A DNA stretch of 64,000 bases from Longimicrobiales bacterium (GCA_965249725.1 CBDFMQ010000002.1:832001-896000); one strand, 5' to 3'; counted from the first letter of the stretch, positions 9,274 through 21,038 are shown. Program-made: numbers and translations. Notes: generated from the letters alone by a model not told the origin.

Positions 9274-9759
9274 ATGCGCCTCGCCCTACTTGCAACCCTC
9301 GCCCTCTCGACCCTCACAGCATGTGCCGCACCCGGCGTCGAAAGCACTGCCGTCGACACCGCGGCGGATGAAGCAGCCGTCCGGGACCTCAACGTTACGT
9401 GGGACGCTGCCTATAACGCGCGTGATCTCGACACGCTCGTCGGGCTCTATGAGACCGATGCGGTGCTCATGGCGCCCAACGTCCCGAGTTCTGTAGGTCA
9501 GGCACAAATCCGCGCCGGTTTCGAGGCCGATTGGGCGGCCAACCCGGCGGGCCCCCTCGAGAATCGGATCGATGCACTTCACCTCTCGGGTGATCTCGCA
9601 ATGGCGAGGGGCAGCGGTGGAGCCATGATGACTCCGACTGATGGCTCGGAACCCTATCAGGACAGCTGGAAGTGGAGTGCTGTCTATCGTCGGCAGGCAG
9701 ACGGATCCTGGCTTACGGTATGGGACATCTGGAATAGTGATCTGGCCGCTCAGCCGTAG
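9274..9759 (+). CDS. SnoaL/NTF2-like (DUF4440/YybH family) lipoprotein
   Basis: AAGGAG RBS, lipobox LTAC, WDAAYNARDLDTLVGLYETDAVLMAP, YRRQADGSW..WDIWNSD. Confidence 0.85.
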   Translation: MRLALLATLALSTLTACAAPGVESTAVDTAADEAAVRDLNVTWDAAYNARDLDTLVGLYETDAVLMAPNVPSSVGQAQIRAGFEADWAANPAGPLENRIDALHLSGDLAMARGSGGAMMTPTDGSEPYQDSWKWSAVYRRQADGSWLTVWDIWNSDLAAQP

Positions 9760-9925
9760 GCGCTGGGTCAGGCCTTAATGTGTATCGACGGCCGAATCCA
9801 TCGCTGATCGTCATGCGTGGGCGACCGTCCCGTCGGACTAGTCCGGCAGTGGACTCTCTCCAATGAAGAGAGGGGTCGTCCGAAGACGATCCCTCTCTTT
9901 GAACTCTGTCGGCCCCGTTATCACC

Positions 9926-12900
9926 CTAGGGCAGCGGGCAGCTGGCTCCTCCCGCTAGAACGCTGGTGGCGATCGAGACCGACGTTCCGGCAGAGTTATT
10001 TCGACCGGATAGAACGGTTTCGACATCGGATGGCGTGCTCGTCGACGTTCCCAGCCCCACCACGGACACCGAGCTGCTACCCAGTTGTGACAACTGCATA
10101 TCAAACGCGTCCCCCGCCGAGATCATATTCTGAAGCGGCCCCGGCGGCGGTGGGGCTCCCACGTCGAGACACATCGTGGAGCTTTGGGTCCCCGAGAGAA
10201 GCACACCCGTATTGTCGTCGTTCATGTCGAAGTCGTTCATGGTGACGGTCAGGTTCAGGGTCCCGGAAGGAGCCAATCCACTGCCAACGATAGCAGATAG
10301 GCCACTGCCCCCAGGTACACTCCCGTTGGCAAAATCATTGTCGTGAACCCTGATCGTCCCCGTGCCGAGACCGCCGTTGTCGATCTTGATGCCATCCCCA
10401 GAGTTGATATTGTCGAAAGTGTTGGAGGTCACGGACCCGGAGACGCTTGATCCACCAGTGGCGGTTGTCGAGCCGAATATGCCGATTCCTGTCCCGTTTT
10501 CGTCGTTGAAGGAGTTGCCGTCAATCCCGAATACCGTGGAGGCGCCACCGTCTGTACGAGCATCAATCCCGCCCCAGTTTTGGCTGAATGAGTTGCCGCC
10601 CGTGACAGACAGGTTGAGCATCGATGAGCCGTCCGCGAATGTCGCGAGGCCGATTCCCATATGGTCTGAAATGCTGTTGCCCGAGAAGCTCGCCGTGAAG
10701 TTGCTCGTCCCGTTGGACGAGATCTGGATCCCAGGAATGGACGAGCAGTTCGTGTTCGTGGCGATGGTGCTACCAGACACCACGAGACTCGGCGTTCCGA
10801 CTGAAGAACTCGCCAAGAGGTTGGATGCAAAGTTGTTCTGTAGGCTGCTGTTCGTGATCGTGGTTGTCCCGATCGGATCATCGATTGAGATGCCGTTCGA
10901 CCCGTTGTTTGTAATGCCAACGTTGTTGAACGTCAGCCCGTCGACACCATCGGCATTGACCCCGTTCATGTTGGAGGTGGTCACGTCCAGGTTGCTGAAC
11001 GTGATGTTCTGACCGCTGTCTATTTCAATGCCTGCTGCGCCGGAGTTCTGGATTAAGCCGCCCGACCCGGCCGTACCGGTTCCAGTGACCATAAACGGCC
11101 CGCCGGTCACTCCGCTAAGGTTGATTCCGTTCGTGGCTCCATCCGAAGAGACCGACTCGAACGTGACGCCGGTACCACCGATGGTCGTGCCGTCGAGATC
11201 GATCGCGGTTCCGGTGCTTGTGTTGATCGTATTGGTGCCCGTCACATCGAGAGTCCCGCCGCTCGAGGAGTAGAATCCGGTGTTCGGACCGGTGTTCAAG
11301 GCCATGCCACCGTCGAAACGAATCCCCGTCCCTGCGTTGTTCGAGAGGCTGATTCCAGACCCGTTGTCGGTGATCAGGCCGCCGAACTGAACCGATCCCG
11401 GACCACTGTCTTGCACGTTCGCGGAACGGCCGCTGTTGTTGGTGATGGTCCCGTCGAAGCGGAAGTTGCCGTCGAAGTCGACGATGTCGATGCCGGTAGT
11501 GCTAGTGCTGTTCACGGTACCGCCGTCGATCAGCAGATCGCCGCTGACCTCGTCGAGCTGGATGCCCACCACGCATGTATCACAGGTCAACGACATGAGA
11601 TTGATGTCTATGGACGTGTCGTTGATGTCCAGCGCCCTTCTGCTTCCCGATGTCCCAGACGTCATGACAACGGACGTACCGAAGATGTTCACCTGCCCCG
11701 TGAGGTCCGCTCGGATACCGGTGCCATTCGTGAACTCGAGGATGGCATTACTAAACGTGAAGGTGCCGGAATTACTATTTAGGTAGATGCCGCCGTCGCT
11801 ACCCTGGTCGACCTCCACAGACGAGAAGTTCACGTTTGCGGAGGACGATGAGGCCCAGAACGCTTGTCCGTCGTACGTATCGATGGTGCCGTCCGATACC
11901 GTCACCTGGCCACTCTGATTATAGAGGACGACTCCGACCTGACCGTCATCGGCCATGACGGCGACGAACTGGAAATCGACTGGCCCGCTGCCATCTTCGA
12001 TGACGAGCATGCCCGATGGGCGCCCTCCGACCGCGGCTGTTTCCTCGACGTTCACTACCTCGCTGGGAGCGCCGGCTGGTGGCGCGGGGTCGCCCTCTCC
12101 AGTGGCGAGCACGACGTCGCTGTTGAAGTTGATGTCTCCATCGTTGTTGAAGAGGCTGATGCCGACCCCATCGGCGCCCTCGATCGTGCTCCCGTTGAAA
12201 GTGACGGCACCGCCGGTCGTGTTCTGGATTCTCACGGCTTCGCCGTTCTCCGCGAAGATGCCACCCTCGATCAAGTTGGCGACCACCGTGGCGGATCCGC
12301 CTTCGACTCGGAAAGCGTCGCTGCCGTCGCCGTTGATCCCCAGCACTTGGAGATCGTCGAAGGTGAACATCCCTGTTCCACCCCAGACCTCGACGCCGCT
12401 GTAGGAATCCGTCGAAGTAAGGCCTTCGACCATGACGTTGCCGCTCACGCTGGAAAGCTCGACGCCACTGCCGTCGGAGTCCGATGTGATGTCTCCTCGG
12501 AAGCTCGCGGTGCCGCCCGTTGTCCCCCCAATTTCGATGGCGAATTGCGCCGCACCCGAAATCGAACCGTCGAAGTCCACATTCGGACTCCCGTTGCTGA
12601 TCTTAAAGCCGGCCCTCTGCGAGTCGACGATATCGACGTTGAAGAAGTCGAAGTTCCCGGTGGTGTTCAGCAGCTTGACGGAATGGTCCCAGGAGTCCGT
12701 GATGAGAACGTCGAAGACGCTTCCACCGTTGGTGCCATCTGCCGAAATGCCCCTGCTGGTAGGCTCGAAGATGTGAATACCGCCGACCTCGGAGCCGTCC
12801 GCCATGTCGACCGCGTAACCACACCCGTTCGTGATCTTCGGCATGGCTCCAGGAGGGAACACCGGCCCGATGCCGGGGATGTCCAGGCCGACACCTTCAC

Positions 12901-13937
12901 CGATGAGGTGTTGACCAGGCTTCAGTGTGATGCCGGCATCATAGTTGTTCGTGGTTCCATCCCCGGTGAACACGAAGATCGCGTCGCCCGGTCCGGAGGC
13001 GGACCAGGTATCCCACAGATCCTCAAACGGATCGTGGGACTCACCAGTTCCACCCTCGTTCGTGTTGTCCACGTACCAGACCATCTCCGACAGATCGATG
13101 GTCACCGTTGCGGTGAAGCCGTTGTCAGTCGTGTAGGTGAAGCTGTCCTGGCCATCGGTGAACCCGATCGGCGGCGTGTAGATGAACGTGCCGTCCGCGT
13201 TGATCCAGACGTCACCACCCTGCGCCGTGACCTGACTGCCCGTGTTGTTCACCATCAGGCTGGGAGTGTTCTTCAACAGCGAGTGCGTCTTTACCGCGGC
13301 GATCGGAGGTGCTGGGGCCGGGCTCGGCGCCTCGGGTGGCGTGAACGTCCCCCCCACGAGCTGAGTGTTGCCAGCGGTCTTGAATGCGTGATCCTCCGGC
13401 TCGGTCTGCTCCGGTAGGGCGCGGATGGTGGCGCTACCTTCGTTGTTGGAGGGATCATCCTCGCGATGCTCGAGCACGTCGGCGACGGCTCGGTTGGTCA
13501 GAGACTCCCCGGCGTGTCCCCTCGCCACCACGGCCGTGATCCTCAGCCGTGCGAGCGATCCGGGATCGAGATGTCCGATCCTCCACTCCAATCGATCGGG
13601 GTTGAAGGAGCCGATGTCGGGTGACGCCCCGGCAAACTCTAGGCCCGGGGGTAGATGGTCTGTGACGACCACGTCGCTCGCGCGATCTGGGCCGTGGTTG
13701 TGCACGGAGATCAAGAACTCGACTTCCCCCGTCTCACGCACCTCGGTCTTGCTCGCTTCCTTGCGTACCTCGAGGTCGGCCGTCTGTCGACCGATCGTGA
13801 CCGACGCCGAGGCCTCGTTGTTCGAGGGATCGTCGCGCTGATCACGAAGAGTCGGTGCCGACGCTACGTTCACGAGCGTCTCTCCACCGGTGCTCGGCTC
13901 GACTACCGCAACGAGCGTCAGCGTCGCTGAGGCTCCG
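9926..13937 (-). pseudogene. 3' part of a giant surface lipoprotein (DUF11 domains, Ig-like domain, long beta-helix repeat region)
   Basis: The frame continues upstream of the called ORF as GASATLTLVAVVEPSTGGETLVNVAS up to the IS boundary. DUF11 motifs ADLEVRK...NHGPD...VTDHLPPGL; G/T/N/S-rich beta-repeats. Confidence 0.8.
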
Positions 13938-15468
13938 CCCTCTCTGCCAACTTAGGTGCTCGGTTGCGAAGGCAGAGAAACCGAGGATGCTGAGACACCG
14001 AGAGAGAATGGAAGAGAATGGAATCGCCCCACTAACCTTGAGGGTAAGCGAAGCGCGGCAGCTGCTCCGGACGCGGAGGTGGTAGATAAGCCGACGCGCC
14101 GACGGTTTAGTCCGTCGTACAAGCTGCGGGTCGTCGAAGAAGCGGACCGGTGCACGGAGCCGGGAGAGGTAGGGCGACTCCTGCGACGGGAGGGCTTGTA
14201 CTCGTCGACCTGACGACATGGCGCAAGGCGGTGCGGAGTGGGTCGCTGAGAGCGCTGTCGAAGAGACGAGGTCGAAAGCCGAGCGAACGGAATCCGCTGG
14301 AGGGGAAAGTGCGCAAGCTGGAGCGCGAGAACACTCGCCTGGAGAAGGAACTCGAGAAGGCGCGCCTGATCCTCGACGCCAGGGAAAAGTTGCAGGGTCT
14401 GGGATTGAGCCTCAAGGACGGGACGAACTCGTGAAGGCGGCCAGGCGCTGGCCACGTACTAGGGGTAAAGCCCGCCGATGCGCTCAGGGTCGCCCGAGCC
14501 ACGTTCTATCGTCGTCGGAGGCCATCGACCGGGCATCAGCAGCCCCGCCCGACCCCAGCCCGTGCCTTGAGCGAGAAGGAACGAGACAAGGTCTTCGACA
14601 CGCTGTGTTCGGAGCGATTCGTGGACCGGTCCCCGGCCGAGGTTGTGGCGACCCTGCTCGACGAAGACGTCTACCTGTGCAGCGAACGTACGATGTATCG
14701 CGTTCTGGCCTCCCAAGTGCCAGTTCGAAGCGCCGAGCGCAGCGGAGTCATCCCGAATACCAGAAACCCGAGTTGATGGCGACGGGCCCGGGCCAGGTCT
14801 GGTCCTGGGATATCACACGGCTGCTGGGGCCGAGGAAGTGGAGCTACTTCTACCTCTACGTTATCATGGACATTGCGCTACATCGTGGGATGGAGGTGGC
14901 GGATCGGGAGAGCTCGGCCTTGGCCGGGCGCCTGATCCAGCAGAGTTGCCTGAAGCATGGCGTCCAGCCCCAGGTCCTGACCTTGCACTCGGATCGAGGA
15001 GCTCCGGGACGAGCCAATGCACGGCTCAGCTCCTCGCCGATCTCGGGGTGACCCGCTCGCTGAGCCGACCTCAGGGCGGATGACAATCCGTCCTCCGAAG
15101 CCCGTTCAAGACCTTGAAGTACCATCCCTCGTTTCCTGGACGGTTCGAGGATCAGGGCCAGGACCTTCTGTCGCTCGTTCTTCCGCTGGTACAACGCCGA
15201 GCACCGCCATGGTGGTATCTCGATGCTGACCCCCGAACAGGCTGAGATCAGGTCACGGCGAGGCCGTGCTACGCGAGGCCTGGGCCGTCATCCCGACCGT
15301 CGTCTCCGGTGAGCCGAGCCCAAACCGCTCCCGGAGGCCGTCTGGATCAATCCTCCAACCCCCTCCCTCACGACACAGGAGATTGCTCTCTAATTAATTC
15401 CCACCGAGTGCTGACAGGCTCCGGCTCGACAGGAGATTGTTCCGCAACGAGCGTCTCACTGGCGTCGA
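13938..15468 (+). mobile_element. IS3-family insertion sequence, orfA and orfB heavily frameshifted
   Basis: orfA RRRFSPSYKLRVVEEADRC...LLRREGLYSS; orfB LCSERTMYR, WSWDIT, LHSDRG, KTLKY, WYNAEHRH. Flanked by direct repeat CTGAGGCTCC (13927-13936 and 15469-15478). Confidence 0.88.
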
Positions 15469-16760
15469 CTGAGGCTCCCGTTGTCGAGCGTGCCGATATC
15501 CCACCGGCCCGTGCCAGGTGTGTACGTGCCTTGTGACGCATCGGCAGACACCAGCCCCAGTCCGGCGGGCAGCGGGTCCGACACGTTGACGTCGGTCGCC
15601 GTCGCCGGGCCGTCATTGCGGACCGTCACGGTGAACGTCACCTCATCGCCCTCGAGGGCCAGAGGCTGGTCGACTTCCTTGCTCACCACGATGTCGGCGC
15701 CGAGCAACATCACTTCAAAGTCCTGACTCATCGCGGGGTTGAATCCCAACGAGGTCGCGATCAGACGGAAGAGACCTCCCTCGGGAATCAGCAGATTGTC
15801 GAACGTGGCCAGACCACCCACGGCGGCGACCGTCGTGGTGCCGTTGAGCGGAGCGGCCTGCGGCCCTTCGTTCTCACCTTCACCCGGTGTCTGAGCGGCG
15901 GAGGGGGCGGCTGGAGCCTGGTCCTGGAGCGCCACGGTGATGGACGCCGTGGACGAGGTCACGCGATCACCTCGCGCGTCGACCACCTCGACACTCGGGG
16001 CGGGATCCATGGCTTGATCGACTTCCACAGCACTCGGCTGGCTCACGAAGGCCAAACCGATCGGTCGGGCGACGACCTCTATGTTGATGTCGTCCGACTC
16101 GCCTCCGGCCGTAGCCGTGATCTGGGCGGTGCCGGGTAGATGGGCCTGCAAGAAGCCGCCTTCGGTCACACTCGCGATGCCTGGGCTGGCACTCGCCCAC
16201 TGGAGTGTCGCCGCGCCTGGCTGGCTCATCACTACCTGAGCCTGCAGCTGGAGACCATCGCCTTCCGCCAGCGGGCCCGCCGGCTGGATGGTCACCGATG
16301 TCACGAAGTTGTTGGCCACAGGGCCCTGAACCACCTCGACTTCCTGGACGGGTGTCTGACCCAGCAAGTTGAACTGAGCGGTGACACCCGAGAACTCGAC
16401 GGTCTCCACTCCGTTCAGCACGCTGATCAGCTCGGTCACGAGATAGACCGGCGGGTTGTCCGGCGGAATCTCCACCTCGAGGTCGGTCACCCAGACGTCT
16501 AGGTTCGGGTCCACCTCCGTCACGAACGGCAGGCCGATCGGCGAGTCGTCCGCCACACGCTTCACCGTCACACGGATGCGCGTAATGTCCGCGACCTGAT
16601 CCGCCGTCGTCCCCTGCGGGAACGTCGTGCTCAACGCTACGAACGCGCTCCCCGTCGAGCCTTGACCTACAGGCGAGGAACCGTCTGTGCACGAGTACAG
16701 CAGAACCAATGAGGCGAGCCCACATAGGGCCAGGAGACGTCGGTGTACCATGGAGACCAT
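15469..16760 (-). pseudogene. 5' part of the giant surface lipoprotein (lipobox, Ig-like domain, start of DUF11)
   Basis: MVHRRLLALCGLASLVLLYSC lipobox; WASASPGIASV...GTAQITATAGG Ig-like motif; DUF11 cut at GRWDIGTLDNG. Confidence 0.8.
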
Positions 16761-16972
16761 CGCTGCTGAGGAAGCGGAGGCTCGCTCCCAATTTGAAAAG
16801 ACGTGGTTCCTTCCAATGTTGCCCCGAAACAGGTCTGGAGCAAACGAATTGAATCGGGGGTTATTGGGCCCAGGACACGCCTCCCGAAGAGAAAGCGAAA
16901 CACTGTTGCCGCCTGCGAGTATCACAGAACATTACAAGGCCCCCCGCGACCGAGACCTTAGACACAGTCCAG

Positions 16973-17627
16973 ATGAGACCCTTCTCACAATGGTTCCGTA
17001 ACGAATCGGGCACTTCCCGTGTTCGTTCCGACGACCGGGAAAAGCAGTTGGCCGATCTCGAGGCCGAAGCGGCAACGGCTCCGCTGGCGACGGGCCCGGG
17101 CCGGGTTTCAGGGCAACGTGCTCAACCGGGCCGGGGACCTATGTCTGAAGTCGGGAGACCGGGCGCGGGCGCTCCAGTACTACGGACGGGCCATCGATGC
17201 CATGCTCGAGGATGGTCACCCCGAACCGGCGAGGGGAATGGCGAAGAAGATCATCCGCATCTACCCCGAAGCCGTTCGCACCTTGTGCACGTTGACGTGG
17301 CTGGACTTGGCGTCGCGACACACGGCCATGGCTCTGGTTCATCTGCAGGAGTACGTGGACGCGGCGAAAATGGGACAGCGGGCGGACCTGGCTAGCGAGC
17401 AAATCTTGGAGATGGCGCGGTCGGTGACGCATCGCGAATTCCTGGACGCGGCGGCCAGTGCGCTGGACGAGTTGGAGGCCGACGACGCCGCGGCTCAGGT
17501 GCGTGATTGGGCTTCGAATGGTGGATCGACGGAGGCAGTGGGCGACCCTGACGAACTAGCTACGCACTGTATGCGTGCGGCCGTCGGGTCCAATGCTGCC
17601 CGCAAAGCTGAGGGCGCCCCCGCCTAG
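16973..17627 (+). pseudogene. TPR-like helical protein with a frameshift near 17100
   Basis: N-part (EKQLADLEAEAATA) in frame 16973, C-part (GFQGNVLNRAGDLC...ALQYYGRAID) in frame 17019; switch within GGGCCCGGGCCGGG. Confidence 0.55.
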
Positions 17628-17652
17628 AGCGTCCGGGCGTGCAGCGCGCCTC

Positions 17653-18789
17653 TCAGCTTGCGTTGGTCTTGCTGAAAAGCACCAGCACGTGGTCGGGCTC
17701 TTCGTCCCAGTCGCGAATGAGGGAAGCGAAGACGCGGCCCGGCCTCGAGGATCCATCCTTGCCTTCGAGTATCCGGTCCTCTTCTAGCGCGTCACTGCCG
17801 CCAGCTGCGAGCTCCTCGATGGACGCTCGAGCCGCCGCGGCGTCGTCTGCTTCCCACAGCTCCGCGTAGTCCTTGCCGAGCAACTCGTCCTGCTCGTATC
17901 CGGACAGGCGACAGAAGGCTGCGTTCGCCTCTTGCACCACCCCGGCGAGATCTACCGTGACGTGAGCGATTCCCCCGTGCTCACTGATCGCCTGGAACCG
18001 CGCGGCGTCCTCATAGAAGCCTCCGGCCTTCCAGGTATTGGAGATGTCCTCGACCGTCCCCTCGACGTAGGTCACCTTACCATCGGGTCCACGCTGAATT
18101 CGGGCCGTGTTCCTCAGACGGATTTGGCGCCCGTCCACACACTTCAGTTGTGTCTCGAAGCCCCGGACCATGCCGAACTGGTTCAGCCTCGACTTGAAGT
18201 GCTCCTGGTCGGAGGGACTCACGTAGTAGTTGGCCGCGTACGACCTCTCGAGAGTCGATGGGTCGGGATACCCGAGTATCCTCACGAGCGCGGGATTGGC
18301 ATCGAGGAATCCGCCCTGAGGCGTGCAGCGGTACACTCCGATCGGGAGGTGATCGAACATGCCCCGATGTCGCTCTTCACTCTCCCTGAGAGCGGTGAGC
18401 GCCTCAACCCGGTCCAGAGCGTAGCGGATCGAGCGTTCGAGTTCCGCCGGGCCGATCTCGCCCTTGACCAGGTAGTCTGCGGCGCCGGCCTGCATGGCCT
18501 CCAGGTCCACTTCATGGCTGCCCCGTCCGGTCAACATGATGACCGGAGCCTGGAGTTGGCGGCGCCCGGCCTCTCGCAAGAGGTCGAGTCCCGTTCGGTC
18601 CTCGAGGAAGTAGTCCACGATGTAGACGTCGTACTCGTCCAGGGCCAACGCGTCACGACCTTCCTCGAACGTCGCCACCCAGTCCAACTCGATCTTCGGC
18701 CGTGGAATCTGCTGCATCATGGCGCGTGTCACGGCGAAGTCACCCTGGTCGTCATCGACGAGCAAGGCACGGATGGTCTCTCGGCTCAA
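17653..18789 (-). CDS. Response-regulator receiver plus two PAS domains, no output domain
   Basis: LLVDDD, IVDYFL, IMLTG, ADYLVK; PAS motifs DANPALVRILGY and EANAAFCRLSGY. Confidence 0.85.
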   Translation of the reverse strand: MSRETIRALLVDDDQGDFAVTRAMMQQIPRPKIELDWVATFEEGRDALALDEYDVYIVDYFLEDRTGLDLLREAGRRQLQAPVIMLTGRGSHEVDLEAMQAGAADYLVKGEIGPAELERSIRYALDRVEALTALRESEERHRGMFDHLPIGVYRCTPQGGFLDANPALVRILGYPDPSTLERSYAANYYVSPSDQEHFKSRLNQFGMVRGFETQLKCVDGRQIRLRNTARIQRGPDGKVTYVEGTVEDISNTWKAGGFYEDAARFQAISEHGGIAHVTVDLAGVVQEANAAFCRLSGYEQDELLGKDYAELWEADDAAAARASIEELAAGGSDALEEDRILEGKDGSSRPGRVFASLIRDWDEEPDHVLVLFSKTNAS

Positions 18790-18868
18790 GAGCCCCTCAA
18801 TCTGCGGATAGTTAGGGTGACGGAAGTCTCGGGCACGCGAATCTCACGAGGAATGATAGGTCACCCCC

Positions 18869-19240
18869 CTACGTCTCGTCCAGCGGCTTGCGGCGGAGGG
18901 ATTTGCGCGCTGAGCGCTGCTTCTTGGAACGGAGCCGACGTTCGTGCGCTCGTCTCGGGACTTTCGTGGGAATTCTGCGTTTCGGGCGTTTCCGGGAAGC
19001 CGCGAGTTTCCTGCGAAGCGCCCGGAGAGCGGCCTTCTTGTTTCCGTGCTGACTTCGCAAGCTTCTGCTCGTCGCTACGAGGCCGCTGGGAACATGGGTC
19101 AGGCGCACCCCACTCTCTGTAACATTTTGATGCTGTCCGCCCTTGCCGCCGGACCTGAACGTGTCGACCCGACACTGTGCGATGAGTTCATCGTCCGAAT
19201 CGGGAATCGGAACCGGGGAGTCCGAACGGTGTTCAGCCAT
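18869..19240 (-). CDS. arfB: Alternative ribosome rescue factor B-like peptidyl-tRNA hydrolase
   Basis: RSGGKGGQHQN GGQ motif; basic C-terminal tail. Confidence 0.85.
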   Translation of the reverse strand: MAEHRSDSPVPIPDSDDELIAQCRVDTFRSGGKGGQHQNVTESGVRLTHVPSGLVATSRSLRSQHGNKKAALRALRRKLAASRKRPKRRIPTKVPRRAHERRLRSKKQRSARKSLRRKPLDET

Positions 19241-19344
19241 CAGCAGTCCTTGGATGGCGCGCGGGGTGTAGCGATCTTTGTCACTATGCCGCTACCGACG
19301 ACACCGACGGCCACGATCGCCACGTCTCTGACGCGAAATTTTAG

Positions 19345-20475
19345 ATGATCTTCGAGCGAACCGACACCCCTGGAGCCCGCTTCCTCCTCATGGGCGCGAG
19401 CTTCGTGGTGGTCGTCGCCGGACTGAGGTTGGGCGCCAGCATGCTGTTGCCGTTCGCACTGGCGCTCTTCATCGCCGTGATGAGCATGCCTCTCATGTTC
19501 TGGCTCCAACTGCGACGGGTGCCGGCACCGGTGGCGGTATTGCTGACGATGCTGGTTATCGGAGCGCTGTTCGGCGGGATCATCCTCTTGGGTACGCAGT
19601 CGGTTGCGGAGCTTCAAACCCAGCTTCCAGGCTACCAAGAGCGGCTCCGGGTGCTCTATGAATCGTGGGTCGATGGGTTGAGCACACGCTTCGGAATCCC
19701 CCTGGATCAATACCTCACCCTGAGCCTGATCGATCCGGGAGCGGCGATCGGTCTCTTCGGTCAAGCCGCGGCCGGGGTGGTCGGATTCTTGGGGAACGCA
19801 TTCGTGGTCCTTCTGATCATGGCGTTCATCCTCGCGGAGGCCACGGTCTTCCCGTTCAAGTTCAGGGCGATTCTCGGACCCGAGGCGGGTGACGGACGCC
19901 GTATGACCAAGGTGATCCGAGAGGTCCAGGAGTACCTCGGAATCAAGACGGCCGTGAGCCTGGCGACGGGTCTCCTCATAGGCCTCCTCGCATGGCAGCT
20001 CGGACTCGACTTTCCGATCTTGTTGGGTCTGGTCGGCTTCATGATGAACTACATCCCGACGGTCGGCTCGATCCTCGCGGCAGTGCCGGCCCTCGTGCTG
20101 AGCCTCCTGCAGTTCGGGACGGTCGGGCATTTTCTAGCGGTCGCCATCTCGTACGGGGTGATCAACACCGTGTTCGGCAACATCATCGAGCCGAACCTGA
20201 TGGGTCGCCGTCTGGGTCTCTCTACCTTGGTGGTGATCCTCTCTCTGTTGTTCTGGGCCTGGCTGTGGGGTCCGGTGGGGGCGCTATTGGCGGTGCCGCT
20301 CACCATGGTCGTGAAGATCATGCTGGAGAACACGGAGGATCTGCGGTGGGTGGCGATTCTGCTCGACAAGTCGCCGCCGCAGGCGGCCAGTGCATTCGGC
20401 CCCCCTCAACCCACTAGTTTTGACGGTCCCGTGCAGCCCGACGGGGGCGAGCCGGGCGAAATGGGAGCAGCCTGA
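19345..20475 (+). CDS. AI-2E family transporter
   Basis: Multi-TM; NYIPTVG, GNIIEP, FWAWLWGPVGALLAVPLT. Confidence 0.9.
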   Translation: MIFERTDTPGARFLLMGASFVVVVAGLRLGASMLLPFALALFIAVMSMPLMFWLQLRRVPAPVAVLLTMLVIGALFGGIILLGTQSVAELQTQLPGYQERLRVLYESWVDGLSTRFGIPLDQYLTLSLIDPGAAIGLFGQAAAGVVGFLGNAFVVLLIMAFILAEATVFPFKFRAILGPEAGDGRRMTKVIREVQEYLGIKTAVSLATGLLIGLLAWQLGLDFPILLGLVGFMMNYIPTVGSILAAVPALVLSLLQFGTVGHFLAVAISYGVINTVFGNIIEPNLMGRRLGLSTLVVILSLLFWAWLWGPVGALLAVPLTMVVKIMLENTEDLRWVAILLDKSPPQAASAFGPPQPTSFDGPVQPDGGEPGEMGAA

Positions 20476-20978
20476 TGCCGATGGTTCCGTTCGAGAGGCT
20501 CCCAGACGAGTCGCGCCTTTGGATATTCGGCGTGGGCAGAGCGCTGCAGGACCGTGAAGAGGAGACCTTACTCGACGCCGTGGACCGCTTCCTGGAGACG
20601 TGGGCGGCGCACGGCGTACAGCTTCGGTGCGGTCGGGACTGGCGGCACGGTCGGTTCCTTCTCGTGGCGGTAGACGAGTCGTCCGAGCCGCCGTCGGGAT
20701 GCTCCATCGACGCCATGGTCCAGGTGCTCAAGGACCAGGAGCGTGCCCTGGACGTACCCATCGTCGACAACTCGGCGGTCTGGTACCTCGAGGGAGACCA
20801 GGTCCAGCGGTCGACCCGATCCGATTTCAAGCGATTGGTGGAGGACGGTGCGGTCGGTCCCGAGGTCGTGGTCTTCGACAACACCGTCACCCGGTTGACC
20901 GAGGAGAGGGCGGGTCAGTGGCAGCGACCGGCCAACGAGAGCTGGCACCAGAGGGCCTTCTTCCAGAGCCGTGACTAA
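20475..20978 (+). CDS. Conserved hypothetical protein (SGCSID motif)
   Basis: TGATG coupling to AI-2E; SRLWIF, WAAHG, SGCSID, VFDNTV. Confidence 0.75.
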   Translation: MPMVPFERLPDESRLWIFGVGRALQDREEETLLDAVDRFLETWAAHGVQLRCGRDWRHGRFLLVAVDESSEPPSGCSIDAMVQVLKDQERALDVPIVDNSAVWYLEGDQVQRSTRSDFKRLVEDGAVGPEVVVFDNTVTRLTEERAGQWQRPANESWHQRAFFQSRD

Positions 20979-21038
20979 GAGGTCGGTGAATGAATGAGGT
21001 GAATGAGCGCGGTGCCGAGCGGTCCCGGGTGAATCGCG

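Noticed and set aside
9926..16760. Diversity-generating retroelement or toxin system around the giant protein
   Set aside because: No reverse transcriptase, template/variable repeat pair, toxin domain or immunity gene is visible.
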